Made by a program: the position numbers and the translations under genes | Shown here: piece after piece, positions 9,347 through 17,070 of the stretch | Position numbering within the stretch: position 1 is the first letter of the stretch | Layout: every line of letters starts with the position of its first letter | Notes under the pieces: generated by a model | Database searches by the model: none | What the model was told of the DNA's origin: nothing | Seen by the model: only the letters and a program-made list of their open reading frames with translations | From: a virus | Virus record (IMG/VR): IMGVR_UViG_3300045988_053501 | Location: 15,325 to 47,324 of that record | Length of the DNA stretch: 32,000 nt | Reading direction: 5' to 3' (one strand)

Positions 9347-10837
9347 ATGGTTTATGTAGGTGGAGGATGGGCATTACTTGAAGGTCATCAAATTTGGTCA
9401 TACAGTGGCCTATGTAATATGTATTTCCAAGTTTATGCATGGAGCGAACAAGATGCTATAAATAATAGGTCTACAGTACATACAAGAACTAGGATTTTAG
9501 TTGAAAATATAAACCCAAGCTATTCAGGTTATTATGTTGAACAAGACTGGTCTGCTGGAGTTACAGGAGCACCAAATTATAGTGCTCATGCAGTATTTTC
9601 AGATGGTGGAGCTGGTACAAGCAAGGAATATCTTCTACAAAATGGTTCATTTACTGTTAACCATGATTCTAATGGTAATGCATCAAGCAAAATACATTAT
9701 TGGTTTAATGGAACATATACAGGAGCTATAGGAAACCCTACAAACACAAATGTAGTAGACATCTCACTTCCTAAAATTGATAGAACCGCAAACAAGGCAA
9801 CGATAAGCAATGTTGGAAGTACATACAAAACAATGTACTGTACAATTTCTGTTCCGTTTTATTCTGAGGAAAACCAATGGAGTCGTGACGGTAAAACATG
9901 GACTGATTGGAATAAAGTAATAAAAGCCGATACTCCTTTTGTAGATACACGGACAGGATTAAACCCTAATACGACTTACACTTTCTATTATCGTTTCAAA
10001 AGAAAATATAACGGAGTTTGGAGTGAAGCGGTCAGTTTTACTGCGACCACTAAATATCCTAATGCTCCTTCAAAAGGAAGTGTTTCTTTAAACTCGGTAA
10101 CATCCAATTCTGCAAAAGTTAGTTGGAGCGGATTCTCATTAGGAGACATGGCAACTGATTATTCTTATCAAACCTCTAATGATGAAAAAAATTGGATAGA
10201 TAAAGGTAAAGCAACAAGCTTAACTCTTAGTAATTTGAAAGCTAATACAAACTATAAATTCTATGTAAGAATGGTCGATAACTATGGTCAACCCTCATTA
10301 GCAGCTAGTACATCATTTACAACATTGAATCCTGAAAAACCCAATGTAGGTGGTATTGAATGTACACGGTTAACACCGTTTGGCGGTATGTTTTCTTGGT
10401 ATGGATTCTCTGTAAACGAAGGAGCTACAATAGATCACTACGAATATTCGCTAGACAATTCAAATTGGATTAATGTAGGAACTGACACGCAAATTAATTT
10501 AGACAATTTAAGCCCTGAAACAAGTTATACATTATACGTTCGTATCGTTGATAACTTCGGCTCTAAATCAGATATTGCTACATTCAGTTTTAAAACATTA
10601 GTTGACCAATTAAAAATTGCATACAATACAAATTTGTATCAAACAGAAATTCTAACTAAAGACGGAGTAGACATCTTAGCTAAGAATGGAGATAATTTGA
10701 TTGTTGATACAATTGGAAAAGAACGATTAAGGACTGCCAAGGTTTTCTACAACGACAATGGAGTAATAAAGGAAGTAAAAGCATCTTACTACAACAAAAA
10801 AGGTAATATTCAACACTATAAAAACTATGGAAATTAA
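9347..10837 (+). CDS. Tail fibre/host-recognition protein with three fibronectin type III-like repeats
   Basis: There are three ~90-aa repeats with the FN3 signature (..SW.......Y.Y........W........L..L.P.T.Y.FYVR..D..G..S......F.T). The N-terminal domain is reminiscent of siphovirus structural DUF859-type domains, though that resemblance is weak. Confidence 0.7.
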   Translation: MVYVGGGWALLEGHQIWSYSGLCNMYFQVYAWSEQDAINNRSTVHTRTRILVENINPSYSGYYVEQDWSAGVTGAPNYSAHAVFSDGGAGTSKEYLLQNGSFTVNHDSNGNASSKIHYWFNGTYTGAIGNPTNTNVVDISLPKIDRTANKATISNVGSTYKTMYCTISVPFYSEENQWSRDGKTWTDWNKVIKADTPFVDTRTGLNPNTTYTFYYRFKRKYNGVWSEAVSFTATTKYPNAPSKGSVSLNSVTSNSAKVSWSGFSLGDMATDYSYQTSNDEKNWIDKGKATSLTLSNLKANTNYKFYVRMVDNYGQPSLAASTSFTTLNPEKPNVGGIECTRLTPFGGMFSWYGFSVNEGATIDHYEYSLDNSNWINVGTDTQINLDNLSPETSYTLYVRIVDNFGSKSDIATFSFKTLVDQLKIAYNTNLYQTEILTKDGVDILAKNGDNLIVDTIGKERLRTAKVFYNDNGVIKEVKASYYNKKGNIQHYKNYGN

Positions 10838-10853
10838 ATAGGAGGTAAATATA

Positions 10854-12587
10854 ATGGGAGTTAGAATACAAGAATTGCCTGAAACAACAGGCATTAAAAA
10901 GGAAGATGTATTGATCGTTGAAGATGGACAAGGGACTAAAAAAGGCACTGTTCAACAGTTAGATGAAACACTAGGAGTTAGTCAACTAAAGGAAGATTTA
11001 GTTCAGTTGCAAAAAAATCAACCTATAACGCTTAATTTAGAGTGGGAATTAGGTTCTGTCAATTCAGACGGAACAGATGGTGGAAATACATTTTGGATTA
11101 GAACAAAATGGAAAACCGATTTTGATGGTTTACGAACTAATATTAGTGTTGACGATGGATTTCAATATGCACTAATTACGTATCACAGTGATGGTAGTGC
11201 TACAAGAACAGCGTTTAGAACAGAACCATTAGAAGTTGAATGTGAAATCGGTGAAATGTGTAGAATCATGGTATCAAAAGTTGCTTATGAAACGTCAACT
11301 CTTGATTTCGCAAATCATGTGCATATAAATTCAATCGTTAAGATTACCGAAGAGATTGCCAATGCTATTGCACTCGCTAAAAATGCAATTGAAGATGTAA
11401 GCGAACTAAGCGAAAATCATACCAATTTGTTTGATTACACAAAAGCCACTTTGAACAAAGCAGTCTTAAAAGATAATGGCACTCTAATGGATATAGACGG
11501 TTGGCTTGTTTCAGATTATATTCCAGTATCAAAAAATGAAACATTGTTTTTAAGTATTGATGGAGTTAAAACTAATTTTAGCACATTGGCTTTATATGAT
11601 ATGAATAAATCGTATGTAAGTGGTTTTGGTGGCACTGTCGATACTGTATCATACACGCCGACAGTAGATGGATATATCCGTTTTTCTAAATCACATCAAA
11701 TGAATTATGAAAAAATTAAATTAGAAAAAAATGGGGTTACTAAATTTACTGAATACGATGAACCTTATGTTTTAGTAACTAAACAATCATTGCCAGAAGG
11801 TTTAGGTCAATCAAAGATTTATGAAGGAAAGAACATACTGACTTTAGGAGATAGCATTACGGCAATGGGCGGAAACCAAGGTTGGACAAATTGGCTAAAA
11901 TTATATGTCAATGCGAATAAACTCGTTAATGTTTCTGTCGCAGGTGCTACTTGGAAAGATAAAGTAGAAGACCAAATATATGATGGAAATCCACAGCCAA
12001 GCACAGATGGAAACTGTATCGGAAACCAAGTGCAAAAAGTAATCAATTCTAAAAATAATGGAGAATCTGACTATCAAGATTTTGACATAATCATTATTGC
12101 CGCAGGAACTAATGACCCATACGACTCTACATCAGAAACAATTGATACCGTAGAATCTCAATTTGTTTCTGATTATAGTCAGGGAAATTACGCCGTTGTT
12201 CCATTGGCGAACGTCAACAGAAGAACATTCGCAGGGATTATGCGTTACACATATCAGAAACTGCATGAGCTATATCCAAATGCCGATTTCTTTATTTGCA
12301 CACCCATTCAAGAGTGCTATGAGAATTTTGTTTATATTAAAAACAAAGGCGATTATTTAAATTATATTGCCGATAGATTGAGCATCAATACAATTAACGT
12401 TAGAAGATGTGGGATCTTAAATATATATGAAAGCCAAACATCAACTATTGATTATGACAATCCATCATATGAGGAAAGTTCAAACAAAGAAGATTTAATT
12501 GATGGTATACATACAGATGTAACAGGCGCAAAGAAGATGGCACGATATATTGCGAGAGATATTATTAATTTCTATGCAATTAACTAA
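10854..12587 (+). CDS. Tail fibre/spike protein with a C-terminal SGNH/GDSL-type hydrolase (esterase) domain
   Basis: The N-terminus MGVRIQELPETTGIKKEDVLIVEDG is a typical fibre anchor motif. SGNH block I is ILTLGDSITA, block III is IIIAAGTNDP and block V is DGIHTD. Confidence 0.75.
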   Translation: MGVRIQELPETTGIKKEDVLIVEDGQGTKKGTVQQLDETLGVSQLKEDLVQLQKNQPITLNLEWELGSVNSDGTDGGNTFWIRTKWKTDFDGLRTNISVDDGFQYALITYHSDGSATRTAFRTEPLEVECEIGEMCRIMVSKVAYETSTLDFANHVHINSIVKITEEIANAIALAKNAIEDVSELSENHTNLFDYTKATLNKAVLKDNGTLMDIDGWLVSDYIPVSKNETLFLSIDGVKTNFSTLALYDMNKSYVSGFGGTVDTVSYTPTVDGYIRFSKSHQMNYEKIKLEKNGVTKFTEYDEPYVLVTKQSLPEGLGQSKIYEGKNILTLGDSITAMGGNQGWTNWLKLYVNANKLVNVSVAGATWKDKVEDQIYDGNPQPSTDGNCIGNQVQKVINSKNNGESDYQDFDIIIIAAGTNDPYDSTSETIDTVESQFVSDYSQGNYAVVPLANVNRRTFAGIMRYTYQKLHELYPNADFFICTPIQECYENFVYIKNKGDYLNYIADRLSINTINVRRCGILNIYESQTSTIDYDNPSYEESSNKEDLIDGIHTDVTGAKKMARYIARDIINFYAIN

Positions 12588-12680
12588 AGCAGACTTAAGC
12601 TAACTAAGAATTAGTAAACTAAATAAGAATATAGTTTATTAAAAATATAATTTTTGCTTGCTAAAATAAAATAAATGGTA

Positions 12681-12695
12681 TACGCTAATAGCGTA
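12681..12695. promoter_or_regulatory. Perfect palindrome TACGCT-AAT-AGCGTA, which matches the operator family of the lysogeny switch
   Basis: Seen directly in the sequence. It has the same 6-3-6 architecture as the sites at 18720, 18774, 18804 and 19044. Confidence 0.5.
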
Positions 12696-12828
12696 CTAAA
12701 GAGCATAAAAAAAGAAGTTGGAATTGTCCGCTAAAACATCATCCAACTTCAAACCTAGTAAGGTCGTTTTTATTATACCATAATTTCGGCCTTTATGAAT
12801 ATGCTTTTTTGATAAAGGAGGAGAAATT

Positions 12829-13825
12829 ATGAAAGAACAATTTGTGAATGAATTTATTTCGTCTTTATCAGGTGATTTTGATAAAGATATTTTAAGTGTA
12901 TTATTTAAGAAGTTAACTGTATTTGTTAACGATTATGAAATAAAGCCTATTGAAACATCTTTAGAGCTTTATACCAATTATATGCCTGAGTGCTATCAAA
13001 CATACTTCGTAACAAGAAAGATTGAAGGAATGAGTATGAAATCGTTGGAACTTTATGATTTATACTTAAAAGATTTTTTTTAGACAAATCAATAAGCCGA
13101 TTAAAAATATTACAACCAATGATATTCGAGTATATCTATATAAAGTTCAAACACAAAGAGGACTTAGCAATAGAAGCTTGGATAGTAGAAGAACAATTAT
13201 CAATGCATTCTTTGAGTGGTGTTGTAATGAGGAGTATGTTGATCGCAATCCTTGTAGAACAATCAAAAAAATTAAATACGAAACTAAGGAACGTAAGCCA
13301 TTGACTGCTATTGAATTAGAACAATTACGTGATTCATGTGCTACTGCAAGAGATAAGGCGATGGTGGAATTTCTATATTCAACATGATGTCGAGTTACAG
13401 AAATTGTCAACATTAATAAAAGTGATGTTAATTTTGAAACAAAGGAAGTTGTTTTGTTTGGTAAAGGTAATAAACATCGCACGTCATATTTAAACGCAAG
13501 AGCTGAACTTGCTTTAAAAAATTATCTAGACTCTAGGGATGATGATAATGATGCATTGTTTGTTTCAGATAGACATCCTCACAACAGATTAAAAAAGAAT
13601 GCAATTGAAAAACGAATTGGACAACTTGGAGAATTAGCTGGAATTGAACGTAGGATATTCCCTCACTTGATTAGACATACAACTGCTACAGATGGTTTGA
13701 ATCGTGGTATGGGTGTTGAGGAAGCCCAAGCTATTTTAGGGCATGAAAACATTGCTACAACAATGATTTATGCTAAAGTATCTAAGAACAATGTAAAATT
13801 AAATCACACAAAATGTATTGTATAA
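12829..13825 (+). pseudogene. XerC/XerD-like tyrosine recombinase, disrupted by a frameshift in a T8 tract and an in-frame TGA
   Basis: Three ORF pieces (12829-13083, 13178-13387, 13454-13825) join into one recombinase. The catalytic elements are present: EFLYST[*]CRVTE, HLIRHT and GHENIATTMIY. Frame 1 changes to frame 2 at T8 (13074-13081). A TGA at 13385-13387 sits where the conserved Gly of the TGxR box is expected. Confidence 0.8.
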
Positions 13826-13830
13826 GTTAT

Positions 13831-13868
13831 AGGACGTGCTACATAAAATGTACGTCCTTTTCTTTTTA
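13831..13868 (+). terminator. Rho-independent terminator after the recombinase unit
   Basis: AGGACGT(gct)ACAT-aaa-ATGTACGTCCT followed by TTTTCTTTTT. Confidence 0.7.
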
Positions 13869-13944
13869 TTATATAATTGATATGCCATAAAACAGTACCT
13901 CATAAAATATGAGAGAGATGAAATATTTTTGGAGGTGTAAATTT

Positions 13945-14325
13945 ATGAATGTACAAGACTTTTTAACTTTATTACAGACTACTGCTACTTTAGTTTGTGG
14001 TGGATTAGCTTTATATTTTAAATTCAGTACGAAAGCTAAAACTAAAGCAAAAGAAGTTCAAGAAGTTATTGCTAAAATTACTGCACAAGCAGTTGTATAC
14101 ATTAAAGAAGCAGAGGGCAACTACAAAGATACAACTAATGCAGGTGGCAAGAAGTTTGAAGAAGTTGTCGGTAAGCTTTATAATCTAGTGCCTGATGCAT
14201 TGCATGGAATCATTACAAAAGAAATGATTAGTGAAATTGTTCAAAGCACTTTTGATGAAATTGAAGAATACGTTAAGATTCAATTAGATAATGGAATTGA
14301 TAAAATCAACGTCAAAGGTGACTAA
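13945..14325 (+). CDS. Holin, LL-H-like family
   Basis: I prefer the ATG at 13945 because of the GGAGGTG RBS at 13931-13937. There is one N-terminal TM (FLTLLQTTATLVCGGLALYF) followed by a charged helical tail, and the gene lies immediately upstream of the endolysin. Confidence 0.65.
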   Translation: MNVQDFLTLLQTTATLVCGGLALYFKFSTKAKTKAKEVQEVIAKITAQAVVYIKEAEGNYKDTTNAGGKKFEEVVGKLYNLVPDALHGIITKEMISEIVQSTFDEIEEYVKIQLDNGIDKINVKGD

Positions 14326-14327
14326 TA

Positions 14328-14726
14328 GTGAAGGTAATCACTATTGATCTAGAATATGTTTTATGGCTTTTTGGGTTCATTGCTTCCGCTTGGGGAGTAG
14401 TTAAAATCATTAAAGAAGTAAAGAAACCTAATGACGATTTAAAAGAAACTGTTAGAAAACACGAAGAATGGTTAGTAAGAGATAATAATAGAATAAAATC
14501 AATTGAAAGTTTAGTTATCACACAAGAAGGGATTAAGAAAGAATTGAATGAACATTCTCGAAGGCTAGGAGAACATGAAGAAAGATTAGAAGAAGATAAG
14601 CAACGTGGTAATTTGACATTAAAGGCAAATATCGCAATCATCAACAATATGCTTTCTGAAAACGACAAAGATAAACTCCAAGAAGCTAGAGATGAGATTC
14701 AAAACTTTCTGCTAGATAAAAACTAA
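14328..14726 (+). CDS. Membrane-anchored coiled-coil protein of the lysis cassette (possible second holin or lysis regulator)
   Basis: GTG start after AAAGGTG. It has an N-terminal TM (LWLFGFIASAWGVVKII) and a charged coiled coil. Confidence 0.55.
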   Translation: MKVITIDLEYVLWLFGFIASAWGVVKIIKEVKKPNDDLKETVRKHEEWLVRDNNRIKSIESLVITQEGIKKELNEHSRRLGEHEERLEEDKQRGNLTLKANIAIINNMLSENDKDKLQEARDEIQNFLLDKN

Positions 14727-14825
14727 TGAGGAAAGAAATATGGAAGAAAAAGAAGTGAAATTTGAAGAATTATCAGAAGAAGCTCAAGAAGAGTTGAGTA
14801 ACGGAAAAGAAGAAGGTGAAGAAGA

Positions 14826-15923
14826 ATGTCATATTCAAGATTAACAAATAAATATATTCCTGCTAGTGCAGATAACTATATGCGTGGACGTGGAGGATAC
14901 AAAGTTTGTAAAATTACACCTCATCACATGGCTTGCAAATGGACAGCAGAGCGATGTGCTCAGTCATTTCAAGTAAGCGGAAGAATGGCTAGTGCAAACT
15001 ATTGTATTGGTTCAGACGGTACAATCGTATGTAACGTAGACGAAGAAAACAGAGCGTGGACATCATCAAACTATTATAATGATTGCCAAGCAATTACGAT
15101 TGAGGTCGCAAATGAAACGTGTGCACCTAATTGGACAATCTCAACTAAAGCATGGAATGCATTGATAAATCTATGTGTTGATATCTGTAAGAGATACGGA
15201 TTTAGATTAAATTACACAGGAAATGCAAATGGAAGTTTGACAGAGCATAGAATGTTTGCAAGTACAAGTTGCCCAGGCCCTTTCCTACACGATAGAATGT
15301 CTCAATTAGCACAAGAAGTAAATGCTAGATTAGATGTTCAAACAGTAGCACCAACGCAACCAAGCACTCCAAACGCTCCAAGTGGTGAAAAGTATTCAGT
15401 CGGTACACCTATCTGCACAAATACATTAAGCGTTAACTGCTACGGAACTTCTAAAATCTTAAAAGGTGATTGGAGCGGTTCAATCGGTAGAGTAATTAAA
15501 GGTGCTAAATATCCATATCGTATTGATCGTAATGGGGTAGCGATTGGATGGACAAATGATGTGGGTATTGATACAGACCCTCACGTACCAGTAGGTGCTA
15601 CACAATCTAATGCAGAAGCTATCGACCAAATCTTGCATGAAGGAAGCTACGTTACATCTGTTCACATGAAAATCGGTAATCAAGGCTTAAAGAAGATTGG
15701 TGATGATTTATGCTGCTACTTATCTCAACTAGGCGGTTGGTTTCCAATTCGTTTAGTCGACAAAGTACCTAATTCAGATGGATATAACGACAATGTATTG
15801 CACACTACGAATGCAGTAGTCTACGTATCTAGAATCAGAGTCGATGCGGTTAATGTTCAAAAGAACATCGTTAAAATTGGAGGTATTTGGGTTGACCCAA
15901 CACCATTAACAGAAATTGCGTAA
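14826..15923 (+). CDS. Endolysin: N-acetylmuramoyl-L-alanine amidase (Amidase_2/PGRP-type) with a C-terminal putative cell-wall-binding region
   Basis: KITPHHMA...ANYCIGSDG...ENRAWTS...AITIEVANE...TEHRMF..TSCPGP matches the Amidase_2 pattern. A Pro/Thr/Ser linker and a ~190-aa C-terminal region follow. Confidence 0.85.
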   Translation: MSYSRLTNKYIPASADNYMRGRGGYKVCKITPHHMACKWTAERCAQSFQVSGRMASANYCIGSDGTIVCNVDEENRAWTSSNYYNDCQAITIEVANETCAPNWTISTKAWNALINLCVDICKRYGFRLNYTGNANGSLTEHRMFASTSCPGPFLHDRMSQLAQEVNARLDVQTVAPTQPSTPNAPSGEKYSVGTPICTNTLSVNCYGTSKILKGDWSGSIGRVIKGAKYPYRIDRNGVAIGWTNDVGIDTDPHVPVGATQSNAEAIDQILHEGSYVTSVHMKIGNQGLKKIGDDLCCYLSQLGGWFPIRLVDKVPNSDGYNDNVLHTTNAVVYVSRIRVDAVNVQKNIVKIGGIWVDPTPLTEIA

Positions 15924-16050
15924 AGCACAAAAATAACACATATAAGTGTCAAAATTGCACAAAATGTGCAAAATTTACAGTTACATATCAAAAAAAGTGT
16001 CAAAATCTGAAATTATGACACAAATCCTTCAACTATTTTTTTTGTATTTT

Positions 16051-16083
16051 TAGCCTATGATTAAGTTCATAGGCTATTTTTTT
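16051..16083 (+). terminator. Strong rho-independent terminator of the late/lysis operon
   Basis: Perfect 10-bp stem TAGCCTATGA/TCATAGGCTA with loop TTAAGT, followed by T7. Confidence 0.85.
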
Positions 16084-16099
16084 GTGCTATAATATATGC

Positions 16100-16254
16100 A
16101 CATAGATTAGCAGAGTGCACAATGCGACCAATACCATAATATGGTACAATATCTATGCTTAGGGGAATATGATTGTATTCTTTTTATCTCGTGTACCAAT
16201 TATAGGAACAAGGAGAAACGAAACTGCTACATATTTAATTGTGTGGCAGTTTTT
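16100..16254 (+). ncRNA. Candidate small non-coding transcript 1 (promoter-to-terminator unit without an ORF)
   Basis: Extended -10 TGCTATAAT at 16085-16093. The terminator is ACTGCTACA/TGTGGCAGT (16223-16250) plus T4. There is no start codon with an RBS, and an internal inverted repeat TGGTACA/TGTACCA is present. Confidence 0.3.
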
Positions 16255-16273
16255 GCTATGTTATAATGGCAAA

Positions 16274-16478
16274 GGTCAAAACATGATGAATCCTAAGTGA
16301 ACCATGTTAGCTTGATGTACAAATCCAAGTTAGGCATATGGATTTATTAGTATTGATCTATAGTTATTCCAAGCGTGACTGATTGATATTATTTTTATGC
16401 AAGTCGACTACAAAGAAAAATTATTTTCTTGCCACTGATTAGAGTACATTCTAGAAGTACTTGAAAGGTGGTCTTTTT
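16274..16478 (+). ncRNA. Candidate small non-coding transcript 2
   Basis: Extended -10 TGTTATAAT at 16259-16267. An imperfect hairpin ending GGTGGTCTTTTTT lies near 16430-16478. Only 4-5 codon mini-ORFs are present. Confidence 0.25.
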
Positions 16479-16514
16479 TATATAAAATTCATACTGATAT
16501 GATATAATCATGTT

Positions 16515-16717
16515 GCTAGGAAAAGTAGAATGATAAAGGCCTAAGTTCTCTTTGGTGTAGTGCAAATTGCAGACGTGTAATTGAATCTTAACATTTCTCT
16601 TTGTGGCACTAGCAAAAACAACTACAAAATGTGACAATTGCTAAAAGCTCCCCCTTTTTGTAAATGTCACCAAAACGATTCCATACCTAACACATCCAGG
16701 TATGGTTTTTGTTTTTT
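16515..16717 (+). ncRNA. Candidate small non-coding transcript 3
   Basis: Extended -10 TGATATAAT at 16500-16508. A strong terminator CCATACCT/AGGTATGG plus TTTTTGTTTTTT lies at 16681-16717. There is long-range complementarity TTGCTAG (16513)/CTAGCAA (16608) and a duplicated TTCTCTTTG(G)TG motif. Confidence 0.35.
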
Positions 16718-16751
16718 AACAAATCTTAAAATTTATGTGCTATATTATTGA

Positions 16752-16832
16752 TGTGTTCTTCATAGATGGACACAACCCTTTCTAAGATAACTTTATGCAA
16801 AAGAGTCTCCTTACCAAGCGGGAGACTTTTTT
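16752..16832 (+). ncRNA. Candidate small non-coding transcript 4
   Basis: Extended -10-like TGCTATATT near 16735-16745. The terminator is AGTCTCC/GGAGACT plus T6 at 16803-16832. The only ORF (29 aa) has no RBS. Confidence 0.25.
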
Positions 16833-16847
16833 GTTTCTATATGGTTT

Positions 16848-17070
16848 TGGCATAATGGCATAAAGCACGTGGCATAACGCATGGAATATTTTTTTAGATT
16901 CAATGGAATAAAAAGTAGCCAAAAATGAGAAAGTATGAGAACATAAAATAAACTAGATGAATAAAAAATAAAGAAAAATAAAGAGCTAGAAACTTGCAAA
17001 TATCATTCAACAAAAAGAAAATTGCTTTATATAAAGTACGATATATGTTAATGGCATGATATTGGCATAA
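16848..17070 (+). promoter_or_regulatory. attP-like region: five direct TGGCATRA repeats (putative integrase arm-type sites) flanking an AT-rich core
   Basis: TGGCATAA occurs at 16848, 16856, 16870 and 17063, and TGGCATGA at 17052. All have the same orientation and lie 80-300 bp upstream of the integrase start. Confidence 0.5.

Noticed and set aside
9347-10837. Diversity-generating retroelement target in the FN3-repeat fibre protein.
   Set aside because: There is no reverse transcriptase anywhere in the window and no template/variable repeat pair at the DNA level. The three FN3 units are diverged protein-level repeats.
13385-13387. The in-frame TGA at a conserved Gly position could indicate an alternative genetic code, either TGA=Gly (code 25) or TGA=Trp (code 4).
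   Set aside because: TGA clearly acts as a stop in several tightly packed genes here, for example at 19267-69, 19476-78, 20067-69, 22733-35, 24442-44, 28964-66 and 29351-53, often in ATGA overlaps with the next start. All other long ORFs are intact under the standard code. The integrase is interrupted by a TAA, not a TGA.
13119-13482. Separate small genes (13119-13304 plus strand, 13147-13482 minus strand) inside the recombinase region.
   Set aside because: The three same-direction pieces assemble into one recombinase with all catalytic boxes. These extra ORFs are by-products of the disrupted frame.
12588-13944. Shufflon or inverton controlled by the recombinase next to the tail fibre genes.
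   Set aside because: I found no inverted repeat pair bracketing a segment. There are no minus-strand fibre C-terminal cassettes downstream of 12587, and the recombinase itself is disrupted. Only short AT-rich hairpins are present.
14740-14844. A 34-aa acidic ORF (MEEKEVKFEELSEEAQEELSNGKEEGEEECHIQD) between the second lysis-cassette gene and the endolysin.
   Set aside because: It is very short and low-complexity, and it overlaps the endolysin start by 19 nt. It fills an otherwise ~100-nt gap and has a GAGGAAAG upstream, so it is not impossible, but the evidence is insufficient to call it.
16395-16637. An 80-aa minus-strand ORF with a TTG start preceded by AAGGGGGAG.
   Set aside because: The amino-acid sequence has no protein-like features. 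The ORF spans two predicted plus-strand promoter/terminator units, and it is the only minus-strand candidate in an ORF-free AT-rich region. It is most likely a chance ORF.
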